Part shown: positions 48,116-56,436 of the stretch, one piece after another
Numbering within the stretch: position 1 is the stretch's first letter
Layout of the letters: the number at the start of each line of letters is the position of its first letter
Origin: an uncultured Bacteroidota bacterium
Lineage (GTDB): Bacteria > Bacteroidota > Bacteroidia > Chitinophagales > Chitinophagaceae
DNA: 64,000 bases
Direction: 5' to 3'
Assembly (NCBI GenBank): GCA_963823125.1
Contig: CAWGKD010000022.1
Coordinates: 13,416-77,415 of the forward strand
The notes under the pieces: model-generated
Databases searched by the model: none
What the model was told of the DNA's origin: nothing
What the model saw: the letters and a program-made list of their open reading frames with translations, nothing else
Translations under genes and position numbers: made by a program

Positions 48116-48304
48116 ATGATATATAACACCATAAAAGAATATCTTGAAGAAAAATACAAATGGATGTTGCTGCCATTGAGTGTTGTTAAAGGTGAAATAG
48201 TTGGTGGATATGTTGAACCTCCAAAATATGAAGTACCGATAAAAGCCAATCCTGACGGAACTAAAATTTGCAGTGGATGTAAACCATTTAAAAAATCAAG
48301 ATAA
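48116..48304 (+). CDS. Hypothetical protein (62 aa)
   Basis: Track ORF. Confidence 0.45.
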   Translation: MIYNTIKEYLEEKYKWMLLPLSVVKGEIVGGYVEPPKYEVPIKANPDGTKICSGCKPFKKSR

Positions 48305-49242
48305 TGAACGAAAACACATCAGTAGAACTTGTAAAAGCTAACTTTAGTTTAGAATTATCTAAAATACGTTATCAAGATGCTTTGCAAAATATTTCCGATC
48401 TTGAAATAACAAGAGATAATATTCCCGATGCACAGGAAAAACTAAAGCAAGCCAGAAAAATATTAACCAAATTTGACGAGATTAAAACCGCAGGTAAGGC
48501 AGAGGCTTTGGCTATTTGTAAAAATTGGGATGCAGCTTATCGGGATTTAAAAACGCCATTTGAACAAGTTTTAGCCGAAAAAGGACAAAAAGTGTCCAAA
48601 ATTGATGCCGAAATTGAAGCTGAAAGGATGGCTATTGAAAGAGAAAATAATCGGGTGCAAGCCATCAAACAAAGCATTGATACGTTCTTTTTAGACCAAA
48701 GTAAGGCCATTGCCAACGCAAAAACAGTCGAAGAACTGACAAATATACAGCGTTTGGTAGGTAGCAATAAGGCGAACAAGTCAAGATATGCTGAATTTCT
48801 TCCCACACTTGCAGAAAAGGCTCAAATTTTGGATGAAATAATAAAAGCCAAGAAAGATGCCCTGAAACAAATGGATGCCTTAAATCGCCTTAAAACGGGT
48901 TCTGATGAAGAAGTGTTGGCGGTCATGGAACAAAAAGAACAAATTGATCAAAAACTAAGCGAAATTGGCGAAAAAGCGCAAACAACGGCAATAAACATGG
49001 CAATTAATGAACCTGAAAATGCTGTTGAGGTCATGCAAGAAGCCCCAAAACCATCAAGAAGTTGGTGGACTTGGGAGGTAAAAGATGCCAAAGAAACACT
49101 AAAACGGATGCCTTCTTGGATAAATTTAGAACCCAATAAAGCCATCATTGATGATTATTTAAAGGCAAAAAAGGCAGAAGGTATAGAAGTTGAAGAATTT
49201 ACTTTTGCCGGAATACGGTTTTTCTTAAACAAAAAATGGTAG
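48304..49242 (+). CDS. Coiled-coil protein (312 aa); position next to the exonuclease hints at a recombination partner
   Basis: Track ORF, Lys/Glu/Ala-rich helices. No annealase motif recognised. Confidence 0.55.
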   Translation: MNENTSVELVKANFSLELSKIRYQDALQNISDLEITRDNIPDAQEKLKQARKILTKFDEIKTAGKAEALAICKNWDAAYRDLKTPFEQVLAEKGQKVSKIDAEIEAERMAIERENNRVQAIKQSIDTFFLDQSKAIANAKTVEELTNIQRLVGSNKANKSRYAEFLPTLAEKAQILDEIIKAKKDALKQMDALNRLKTGSDEEVLAVMEQKEQIDQKLSEIGEKAQTTAINMAINEPENAVEVMQEAPKPSRSWWTWEVKDAKETLKRMPSWINLEPNKAIIDDYLKAKKAEGIEVEEFTFAGIRFFLNKKW

Positions 49243-49604
49243 TTATGCCTGAAATAGAAATTCACGAACACGAAACAGATCAAGACACAGAAACCTTCTT
49301 AAACGAAAAAAGAGAAGATTTTAAAAGTGATGCTTTGTTCTTATTGCATTTGCTTTACAGAGGTCATAGATTAAATGGCAGGCAAGTTGAAATGTGGGGT
49401 ATAAATTCAAGAAGGCTTCGGGAGTTGGTTGTGTCGCACAAGGAAGTAAAAAAAGAATGGAAAATTGAAAATGGCAAAAGGGTTGTTATGGAATATTTTA
49501 TGCAAATACCAAAGCAAGAAACAAAAGAGAGTTTACAGAATTGGTTTCGGGCATACCAGGGAAGAAAAAGGACAACCAGCCTCCATTCAACAGAATTTAT
49601 TTAA
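49236..49604 (+). CDS. Hypothetical protein (122 aa)
   Basis: Track ORF. Confidence 0.5.
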   Translation: MVVMPEIEIHEHETDQDTETFLNEKREDFKSDALFLLHLLYRGHRLNGRQVEMWGINSRRLRELVVSHKEVKKEWKIENGKRVVMEYFMQIPKQETKESLQNWFRAYQGRKRTTSLHSTEFI

Positions 49605-49623
49605 CCATTAACTTATAAATACT

Positions 49624-49932
49624 ATGGATAAGATTTCAAAAGAAGATGTGTTGAAAAACTATACAAGCAATGATTGGCTTACGGACGACAGAGCAAAAGA
49701 AGCAATGGATGAATGGGCAGAAATAATATCCAAAGAAAGAGCTATTGGTATTATTGAATTGATAAATGTCTATGATGAATATATTTCATTACTTTCAAAT
49801 AATCCTGCTGAAAGTATGGCTTATGTTCATGGTTTTCGTCATTCAGAAGAAAACATTGAGAAGGGTAAACGGCTGCGAGAAAGAATTAGTTTGTTGAAAG
49901 TAAATCTTGAAACATTAAAACAAAAACCATGA
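49624..49932 (+). CDS. Hypothetical protein (102 aa)
   Basis: Track ORF. Start context ACTTATAAATACTATGGATAAG and N-terminus MDKISKE.. are shared with 51350 and 53313. Confidence 0.55.
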   Translation: MDKISKEDVLKNYTSNDWLTDDRAKEAMDEWAEIISKERAIGIIELINVYDEYISLLSNNPAESMAYVHGFRHSEENIEKGKRLRERISLLKVNLETLKQKP

Positions 49933-50207
49933 GTGATATTACAGAAGGAAATAAAATTGAAGTTACTATAAAACGGGTAGTTGGTTCACTAATTAAATAT
50001 GAAAGAGATAATGAGGGACTGAGAGATAAATTAGAAGTACCATATAGAAAGAAATGGGCAAATGCAAAATTTACATTGCCATCTGGAAAAAAGAAATGTG
50101 AAGAATTTGGATATGAACAGGCAGATGAAGAAATTATTTCTATGTTGAATAAGCGTTATTCTAATTTCAGAAATTTATTCGCTATTGATAAAACAACATT
50201 AAAATAA
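49929..50207 (+). CDS. Hypothetical protein (92 aa)
   Basis: Track ORF. Its first 13-17 nt (ATGAGTGATATTA..) recur as dead-end remnants at 51798 and 53590. Confidence 0.55.
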   Translation: MSDITEGNKIEVTIKRVVGSLIKYERDNEGLRDKLEVPYRKKWANAKFTLPSGKKKCEEFGYEQADEEIISMLNKRYSNFRNLFAIDKTTLK

Positions 50208-50365
50208 AGAAATTGAGTTTTTGAAAAAAGACATACTATCCGGCTTAAAAGAATTAGCGGCAAAAGACGAAAAAGTATTGTTGCCGTTGTTTTTCACAAT
50301 GGCATACAATACGGTGTTAGCTTTAGTTGCCTTGCGTGGGATTTATTAACGAAAATTAAAAGACA

Positions 50366-50581
50366 ATGACAAAACAAGAAGAAAACTACTTAGTAAAAGA
50401 AAGGGCTGAAAATGATGTTAAACAACACGGAACAGCTCAAAAAGCAATTGAACATCTAAAAAAAGAACTGAATGAATTTGAAGCCCTTTGGAGCAGATAT
50501 TCCTCTGATTGTTTGGGACACGGGATTACTTGCACACGATTGAAAATTTCGTGGTTAGAACGTGGGCTGGCAGGCAATTGA
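50366..50581 (+). CDS. Hypothetical protein (71 aa)
   Basis: Track ORF. Confidence 0.45.
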   Translation: MTKQEENYLVKERAENDVKQHGTAQKAIEHLKKELNEFEALWSRYSSDCLGHGITCTRLKISWLERGLAGN

Positions 50582-50637
50582 AGCTAACACCTGTATTTGC
50601 GAAAGTAAACTATAAATACTATGAATGCTAACGTTTT

Positions 50638-50750
50638 CGTATTGGCGAAGTAAGGGAATTGGCATTACCGCAGCATTTAATGAAAAACAAATGATAACAA
50701 ATTATTCATCAGCTCAATAAAGATTGTCAAGCCCTTATTTTGGCAATACG
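50638..50750 (+). ncRNA. Leader hairpin element, copy A (19-bp imperfect stem, 75-nt loop)
   Basis: CGTATTGGCGAAGTAAGGG (50638-50656) pairs with CCCTTATTTTGGCAATACG (50732-50750): 18/19 including two G.U. Homologous to the elements at 52816 and 56437. Confidence 0.5.
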
Positions 50751-50782
50751 GTTGTTGTGCGTTCGTGCTAAATTATTATGTT

Positions 50783-51286
50783 ATGAAAATGAAAGAAATT
50801 ATTTCCGAAAACGAAGCAGAAAATATTGAAGATTGTCTGCTGTGTAAAACACATGAGGAAGCGTATAAAAAAATTCCTGATGGCATTGTTTGCCCATACT
50901 GCAAACATAATAACGAATATGTAGATATAAGTGATTATACGGTTGTTGGTATGACTAACAGTTATGACCCTGAACAAAGCATTGCTAAATATCCTGTATT
51001 TACTTGCATTGAATGTGGTGAGCATATTGCCTTAATACCTGAAAAGGTTAATTATAATGGCAACCATGATGTTTATTATACCGGCGGCAATGATTACTTG
51101 AATGACGATGATGAAAACAAAATTTTCACAGAGGCACAAGAAAAAATTGAAGCCTCGTTAAACCAATGGAAGGAGCGGATTGCGGCTGGTGAAAAATTAG
51201 AAGCCTTTTATCCTGCACTTTGGATTAAAAGAGATATTACCCATGCTATTGCAAGTTATCTATACGAAAAAGGTTTGAAGAAGTAA
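50783..51286 (+). CDS. Zinc-binding protein (167 aa from ATG 50783)
   Basis: CLLCKTH...CPYCKHN...CIECGEH. The track ORF begins at a GTG (50765). Confidence 0.55.
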   Translation: MKMKEIISENEAENIEDCLLCKTHEEAYKKIPDGIVCPYCKHNNEYVDISDYTVVGMTNSYDPEQSIAKYPVFTCIECGEHIALIPEKVNYNGNHDVYYTGGNDYLNDDDENKIFTEAQEKIEASLNQWKERIAAGEKLEAFYPALWIKRDITHAIASYLYEKGLKK

Positions 51287-51339
51287 GGTGTGTTCGAGCA
51301 TGACGCACAACACCTGTATTTGCTAAACGTAAAGTAAAC

Positions 51340-51606
51340 TATAAATACTATGGATAAGAAAATTTCAAAAGAAGTGTTTGATAAATATTATGAAATCTAC
51401 CGAAATTTAGAAAGAAATCCTGCCATCCCAGTAGAAGCAAGGGGTATGATTTATGTAGCAATGTCCGAATATGCTTATATAATGGCTATTGGATTTGCTG
51501 ATTGGGCTTCTGAAAATGGGTATGAAATGCTTTTTGGATGTAAGGCTTGGGAGAAAGCGGGCAATGAAAATCAACTTTCAACCGAACAACTCTATGACAA
51601 GTATAT
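51340..51606. repeat. Dispersed duplication, copy 1 (partner 53303-53569)
   Basis: About 267 bp, identical except for one substitution that I noticed (gcttAtat / gcttCtat). Covers the start context and the first ~85 codons of 51350 and 53313. Confidence 0.85.
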
Positions 51607-51625
51607 TTCTGAAACATTAAAATAA
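51350..51625 (+). CDS. Hypothetical protein (91 aa), paralog of 53313..53597
   Basis: Track ORF. The protein is identical to its paralog over ~85 aa. Confidence 0.6.
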   Translation: MDKKISKEVFDKYYEIYRNLERNPAIPVEARGMIYVAMSEYAYIMAIGFADWASENGYEMLFGCKAWEKAGNENQLSTEQLYDKYISETLK

Positions 51626-51630
51626 AAGTT

Positions 51631-51801
51631 ATGCGAATTGAAATTCCCACTGGTGGCAAGCCAGTAAAAGACCGAGACATCAGAGCCATATATGTTTTGG
51701 ACAAAGGTTTGCAGATGTGTACGGACAGAATGTTAAAAGCTAATATTGATTTTGCACTTTCAAAATATCTATCCGATAAAAAGAAAAAACAAAAACCATG
51801 A
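51631..51801 (+). CDS. Hypothetical protein (56 aa)
   Basis: Below the track threshold. Reads MRIEIPTGGKPVKDRDIRAIYVLDKGLQMCTDRMLKANIDFALSKYLSDKKKKQKP*. Confidence 0.4.
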   Translation: MRIEIPTGGKPVKDRDIRAIYVLDKGLQMCTDRMLKANIDFALSKYLSDKKKKQKP

Positions 51802-51830
51802 GTGATATTATTTAAGTTCTTTTAAATTAT

Positions 51831-51962
51831 AAGGTAAGATGGAAGCAACAAGGCTGCGAAATGAGGGTTGCATAAAGGAACGCAGCATCCGGTCTTGGAC
51901 AGGCAGATACCAAACTGCGAAAAGACTTTTGAAAAAAATAATAACTCATGCCATCTTACCTT
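51831..51962 (+). ncRNA. GC-richer 132-nt island closed by a perfect 12-bp stem
   Basis: AAGGTAAGATGG (51831-51842) pairs with CCATCTTACCTT (51951-51962). An internal GCTGCG-N22-CGCAGC stem is present. Track ORF 51839..52048 runs through it and looks spurious. Confidence 0.45.
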
Positions 51963-52003
51963 ATTTAAGTTCTACGTTGTGGGTGAATCACGTTAAACCC
52001 TCT

Positions 52004-52061
52004 CCCTTCGGGGATAAGTTCTTTAAATTCTATTTTGTTAACTTTTAAAAATAAAAATATG
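52004..52061 (+). repeat. 58-nt regulatory cassette, copy 1 (identical copy at 53773-53830)
   Basis: CCC-TTCG-GGG tetraloop hairpin, then ATAAGTTCTTTAAATTCTATTTTGTTAACTTTTAAAAATAAAAATATG. It ends at the start codon of the downstream gene in both copies. Confidence 0.8.
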
Positions 52062-52199
52062 AAAATTAAAATGTTTAAACGGGGCGTTGGTAACGGATGG
52101 GAAATAAACTTTATTGGTAAAGTTTATAGCTTCCGATTTGCCAGACACCAAATTGCTTTTTGGAAAAATTATAACCCTATTTTCGATATCATATTTTAA
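52059..52199 (+). CDS. Hypothetical protein (46 aa)
   Basis: Below the track threshold. Reads MKIKMFKRGVGNGWEINFIGKVYSFRFARHQIAFWKNYNPIFDIIF*. It is preceded by the 58-nt cassette and followed by a terminator-like hairpin. Confidence 0.4.
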   Translation: MKIKMFKRGVGNGWEINFIGKVYSFRFARHQIAFWKNYNPIFDIIF

Positions 52200-52207
52200 C
52201 ATTCAGG

Positions 52208-52252
52208 GAAGATGGTAAGCCATCCCAAAATACGCAATCATCTTCTCTTTTT
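52208..52252 (+). terminator. Terminator-like hairpin with a competing inner hairpin (second copy at 54044-54088)
   Basis: GAAGATG-N24-CATCTTC followed by TCTTTTT. The 5' arm can instead form GATGG-TAAG-CCATC. The same ~75-nt cassette (AACATTCAGGGAAGATGG...) recurs at 54034. Confidence 0.5.
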
Positions 52253-52269
52253 AATTAATTAAAAACTAA

Positions 52270-52563
52270 ATGTATATGTCAAATGAATTAGGAATTGGCC
52301 TTTCCCCATTAACAGAAAAAATTTATGTTGGGAGGCAAAATAAAGTAAAAAGAATGTGGGTTGGTGAAAAGAAAGATATTACAGATAATTTTTTAGATGT
52401 AATGTTTGCATATCTAAAGGATAGTGATGTTAGGACGATAACAACAACTGATAATAACGGAGGGAAAACAAAACATTTTTTTATTCATTTAAAGGATGAG
52501 GAAAAAAGTTTATTAAGTATGATGAAGTTCATACAAAAAGAATTGAAAAATATTAAACCCTAA
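52270..52563 (+). CDS. Hypothetical protein (97 aa)
   Basis: Track ORF. Confidence 0.55.
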   Translation: MYMSNELGIGLSPLTEKIYVGRQNKVKRMWVGEKKDITDNFLDVMFAYLKDSDVRTITTTDNNGGKTKHFFIHLKDEEKSLLSMMKFIQKELKNIKP

Positions 52564-52794
52564 ATGTATATGGATATACCAGATAACACAAATAAACAGA
52601 TAGATAAAAAGCAGGTAGCATTGAAAGAAGTATCAATAGCGTTTGCTGAATTTTTAGACGAAGATTGCATACGAAGTTTTAAGGGATGGCTATTAAGAGA
52701 CCCTTTGACCGAATACGATGGAACAGAGTTTCAGTTAGATGAGTTATATGATTATTGGCGGGAAAAGATACTATCTGAAAGTGCAGAAGGGTAG
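52564..52794 (+). CDS. Hypothetical protein (76 aa)
   Basis: Track ORF. Confidence 0.55.
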   Translation: MYMDIPDNTNKQIDKKQVALKEVSIAFAEFLDEDCIRSFKGWLLRDPLTEYDGTEFQLDELYDYWREKILSESAEG

Positions 52795-52815
52795 CCTTGC
52801 GCCTTACGTTGGTGC

Positions 52816-52873
52816 TTTACGCGGGGGCAATAAGGAAACTTCAACCTGCGTACTGTGTCAGCCCTTGCGTAAA
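52816..52873 (+). ncRNA. Leader hairpin element, copy B (13-bp stem, alternative fold possible)
   Basis: TTTACGCGGGGGC (52816-52828) pairs with GCCCTTGCGTAAA (52861-52873): 13/13 with two G.U. Alternatively TACGCGGG pairs with CCTGCGTA (52845-52852). Confidence 0.5.
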
Positions 52874-52928
52874 ACACTTTGTTGGCTGCTGTACGGTAAG
52901 ATAATTATTAAACTGTCAAAATAATAAA

Positions 52929-53261
52929 ATGAGAAAGTCAAAAGAAATAGCAAATGAAATATGTATTGTTTATGCAGATGCAATTATGCAAGAAAATTGG
53001 GAACTTTTCACTAAAAAACTTTCAGATGTATTTATGGAAGTTGCTGTGAAAGATGTTCAAGAGTTAAGACAAATGCGTAATGTAAAAACCGATAATGGTT
53101 TGATACCGATTTTTAAAGAACAACGTCAAAAGTATAATGCTATTTGTAAAGTAGTTAATACTGTCAAAGTTGATTTGCTTTCAATAACTGATTTTGACGA
53201 AGTAATAAAAGAGATTCATCCAAACATTTACGACTGGTATGTTTCGCAGGTTGTAGTATAG
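52929..53261 (+). CDS. Hypothetical protein (110 aa)
   Basis: Track ORF. Confidence 0.55.
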   Translation: MRKSKEIANEICIVYADAIMQENWELFTKKLSDVFMEVAVKDVQELRQMRNVKTDNGLIPIFKEQRQKYNAICKVVNTVKVDLLSITDFDEVIKEIHPNIYDWYVSQVVV

Positions 53262-53312
53262 CAGCCAACGTCTGTATTTGCGAAACGCCAAGTAAATAAA
53301 ACTATAAATACT

Positions 53313-53597
53313 ATGGATAAGAAAATTTCAAAAGAAGTGTTTGATAAATATTATGAAATCTACCGAAATTTAGAAAGAAATCCTGCCATCCCAGTAGAAG
53401 CAAGGGGTATGATTTATGTAGCAATGTCCGAATATGCTTCTATAATGGCTATTGGATTTGCTGATTGGGCTTCTGAAAATGGGTATGAAATGCTTTTTGG
53501 ATGTAAGGCTTGGGAGAAAGCGGGCAATGAAAATCAACTTTCAACCGAACAACTCTATGACAAGTATCTTGAAACATTAAAACAAAACCATGAGTGA
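53313..53597 (+). CDS. Hypothetical protein (94 aa), paralog of 51350..51625
   Basis: Track ORF. See the duplication feature at 51340-51606. Confidence 0.6.
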   Translation: MDKKISKEVFDKYYEIYRNLERNPAIPVEARGMIYVAMSEYASIMAIGFADWASENGYEMLFGCKAWEKAGNENQLSTEQLYDKYLETLKQNHE

Positions 53598-53827
53598 TAT
53601 TACATACCACAATCTTATTTAAGTTCTTTTAAATTATTGGTTGTGAGTTGGGCAAGTAAAATCGGTTGTAATACCGGGTGTACCACTTGACAGAGACAGC
53701 GCATGGTTACGAGATTTAACTCAAGATATTGCGAAAAGCCACACAAAAGAAGGTGGATGCTTGCAGCCAATTCCCTTCGGGGATAAGTTCTTTAAATTCT
53801 ATTTTGTTAACTTTTAAAAATAAAAAT

Positions 53828-54025
53828 ATGGAGAAAAAATTGTTTTTCACTTATGACAACGGAGATCAACCAGTAACTGCCAAATTGGATGCTGTAATTG
53901 AAATGCTCAAAGTAGATGCAGAAGAATTAGAAAAGCATCCTGAAGATATTGAGATGTTCGTATTTGATATTACTCCGATATTTATGACACAAAAAGAATT
54001 TGAGGAATTACCGGAAGCCTATTGA
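53828..54025 (+). CDS. Hypothetical acidic protein (65 aa from ATG 53828)
   Basis: The track ORF begins far upstream inside non-coding cassettes. The ATG at the end of the 58-nt cassette (MEKKLFFTYDNGDQ...) is preferred. Confidence 0.5.
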   Translation: MEKKLFFTYDNGDQPVTAKLDAVIEMLKVDAEELEKHPEDIEMFVFDITPIFMTQKEFEELPEAY

Positions 54026-54108
54026 AGTTCTTTAACATTCAGGGAAGATGGTAGTGCATCCCAAAATACGCAATCATCTTCCTTTTTAATCAATTAAAAA
54101 TAAAATAT

Positions 54109-54690
54109 ATGATACCAGATGATATAACGAAAAAGATTGAAGCCGAAAGTTTAAAATGGTTTGACACCCCAAATCCTATTTATAGAGAACTCTTCAATAA
54201 AGGTGGAGAATTTGGTTACTATCTTGCCCAAGATCAGCTAAAAGAACTATTTACTAAAGACCCGATTAATTTTCTATTAGCTAATGCAATGAAACTTGGA
54301 CATGAATCAATGGTTATTCTTTTGGAATCTCTTTATGAAAGAACTGACAACAGATACAAGAAAGAGATAAAAGAAAAAGATAAAGAAGTTGCTGAATTGA
54401 ATAACTGGATTAATGACCTGCAAAGTGGAATGTATGTTAATTGTGTTTACTGCGGCCATAGATATGGGCATGAAAAAGATACACCCGTTTCAATGGCAGA
54501 TGTTTTGAAAGAGCATATTGAAAAATGTCCAAAGCATCCAATGTCTATATTGAAATCAGAATTAGCAGAGAAAGAAAAAGAGATTGCTGACCTTCTTTCA
54601 AAATATGAACAGCTATGTAGATTGTATGAGAAAGCTCAATTAGAGATTGCTGAATTGAAAGATAAGTTGAAGAAATATATAAACAAATAA
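54109..54690 (+). CDS. Coiled-coil / zinc-binding protein (193 aa)
   Basis: CVYCGHRYGH...HIEKCPKHP flanked by heptad-like Lys/Glu-rich segments. Confidence 0.55.
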   Translation: MIPDDITKKIEAESLKWFDTPNPIYRELFNKGGEFGYYLAQDQLKELFTKDPINFLLANAMKLGHESMVILLESLYERTDNRYKKEIKEKDKEVAELNNWINDLQSGMYVNCVYCGHRYGHEKDTPVSMADVLKEHIEKCPKHPMSILKSELAEKEKEIADLLSKYEQLCRLYEKAQLEIAELKDKLKKYINK

Positions 54691-54692
54691 TT

Positions 54693-55238
54693 ATGAAAGA
54701 AATTTGGAAAGATATTCCCGGATTTGAATCAGAATATCAGGCATCCACATTTGGTAGAGTTAAATCGTTAGATAGAATTTCTATTTCAAATAGAGGACAA
54801 TTGGGGTATAAAAGAAAATTAAAAGGGAGAATAATCATACCTAATATTAATATTCATGGCAGACAAGTAATTAGGCTTGCTAAAAACTGTGAAATACTTT
54901 CTACCCATATAAGTAGAATTATTGCACTAACATTTATACCTAATCCAGAAAACAAACCCACCGTGAATCATATAGACGGGAATCATTTAAATAATAGACC
55001 AGAAAATCTTGAATGGGCTACATACGCAGAAAATTTTTATCATGGTGTTGATACTGGGCTTATAAAAGTCAGGGGCGAAAACAACTATTTCGCTAAATTA
55101 AAAAATAAAGACGTTTCTAAGATAAGAGTACTTTTAAGCAACGGTATTAAAAGAAGTGAAATTGCATCATTGTATGGAGTATCTTATGGAACAATTTATG
55201 GAATTGATAAAAAATTATATTGGTCTAAAACAGTTTAA
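54693..55238 (+). CDS. HNH homing endonuclease (NUMOD4 + HNH + C-terminal HTH)
   Basis: IWKDIPGFESEYQASTFGRVKS (NUMOD4-type), VNHIDGNHLNNRPENLEW (HNH) and IASLYGVSYGTIYGI (HTH-like). Confidence 0.8.
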   Translation: MKEIWKDIPGFESEYQASTFGRVKSLDRISISNRGQLGYKRKLKGRIIIPNINIHGRQVIRLAKNCEILSTHISRIIALTFIPNPENKPTVNHIDGNHLNNRPENLEWATYAENFYHGVDTGLIKVRGENNYFAKLKNKDVSKIRVLLSNGIKRSEIASLYGVSYGTIYGIDKKLYWSKTV

Positions 55239-55285
55239 ACAATTCAAACAAGAAAATAATCTATAACCAATAAAACTTTAAATTT

Positions 55286-55453
55286 ATGCAAGATCCAAAA
55301 CAAGTCAATGAATTTCCAATTATGGATGACAGCCCCTTAAATAACGGTTATGGTTATGGAAGATGGGGCGATGAAGATATTGAAGAAGATGAAGAAGACG
55401 AAGAAGAAATAGAAAACGATGACCTTGAAAATTTTGAATTATGCCACGATTAA
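55286..55453 (+). CDS. Small very acidic protein (55 aa), paralog of 57311..57484
   Basis: Below the track threshold. Reads MQDPKQVNEFPIMDDSPLNNGYGYGRWGDEDIEEDEEDEEEIENDDLENFELCHD*. Shares ...EIENDDLENFE (and the underlying nucleotides) with the second copy. Confidence 0.5.
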   Translation: MQDPKQVNEFPIMDDSPLNNGYGYGRWGDEDIEEDEEDEEEIENDDLENFELCHD

Positions 55454-55671
55454 ATATTGAAAGACAAGGAAAGTTAGAACCACTAAGACTTTCGGTTGCT
55501 AAAAAAGAAATTATGTCATTGGGCTGTGAGATAATTTTTGAATGTGATACGAGAATAGAATTTATGTTTAATGATAAATTGGTTAAGTATTATCCGTATT
55601 CGGGTTGGGCAACGGGCGCATCCATTAAAGATGGACGTGGTTTACAAAATCTGTTAAAACAATTAAAATGA
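55441..55671 (+). CDS. Hypothetical protein (76 aa)
   Basis: Track ORF. Confidence 0.55.
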   Translation: MPRLNIERQGKLEPLRLSVAKKEIMSLGCEIIFECDTRIEFMFNDKLVKYYPYSGWATGASIKDGRGLQNLLKQLK

Positions 55672-56057
55672 AAAATATATTATTTATTCTTTTGTTGGTT
55701 AGTGATTTTTGTTTTGCGCAAAGTCCAGATACTATTATTTTAGATAAACCATGTTGCCCTGATTCTATCTTACATTCATCTGGGTTTGGATCGGTTTATT
55801 TATCTATTGTTAAAAATTCCGATTCGTCCATAACAATTACAGCAAGACAAATAGATACGGTTCGTGTTATTATGCTTGTGTGTGATACGTCTAACCAATT
55901 TTATTCTATACATAGCGATACGATAGTTGGTACATTAACAGGATGGGTGTCTTGGCAATTCGGGTATGATGTAAGAGAAAACAACGAACATCTTTATTAT
56001 CTTGATGAAAATAAAAAACCATTAAATAAAAATATTGTTGTATGGCAAGTAAAATAA
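55668..56057 (+). CDS. Secreted protein (129 aa)
   Basis: MKNILFILLLVSDFCFAQ/SPD, a signal peptide with ...FAQ, as in the gene at 1..748. Confidence 0.6.
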   Translation: MKNILFILLLVSDFCFAQSPDTIILDKPCCPDSILHSSGFGSVYLSIVKNSDSSITITARQIDTVRVIMLVCDTSNQFYSIHSDTIVGTLTGWVSWQFGYDVRENNEHLYYLDENKKPLNKNIVVWQVK

Positions 56058-56356
56058 AAAATATATTTAAGCGGTTGTTTCACAAAAATAAAAAAGATGG
56101 TGTAGCAGAAACATTCGTAAGGTTAAGAGAAATAGGCAGTTCTTGGAATGATACGATTTGTGTTTGTAGAGAATTAATGAGAGATGATCCATGCTATATA
56201 AATTGCAAGGAATTTTTTGATGAATCTCTTGCGAATAGTTTTAAAGAAAGAACATTAACCCAAACAACAAAAGCATCTGAGGTTAATGAATCAGAACAAT
56301 CAGATATTTTTGAACAATGGAAATCAATAACAAGAAATGGAGATTATAAAGAATGA
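56042..56356 (+). CDS. Small basic/acidic protein (104 aa), paralog of 57481..57696
   Basis: Shares KNIFKRLF near the N-terminus and TTKASEVNESEQSD.F.QWK.IT at the C-terminus with the paralog. Confidence 0.55.
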   Translation: MASKIKNIFKRLFHKNKKDGVAETFVRLREIGSSWNDTICVCRELMRDDPCYINCKEFFDESLANSFKERTLTQTTKASEVNESEQSDIFEQWKSITRNGDYKE

Positions 56357-56436
56357 TGGAGGTAAATAAAATTTGGTAACTATATACTTATTGACCCTGA
56401 AAGTGTGGCGTGGGAAAAAATAACATATAACGTTTT

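Noticed and set aside
51839-52048. Track ORFs 51839..52048, 52739..52924 and the upstream part of 53729..54025.
   Set aside because: They run through stem-closed GC-richer islands, the leader hairpin and the repeated 58-nt cassette. Their composition is odd (Arg/Cys/Leu-rich) and the starts are poor. They are most likely non-coding.
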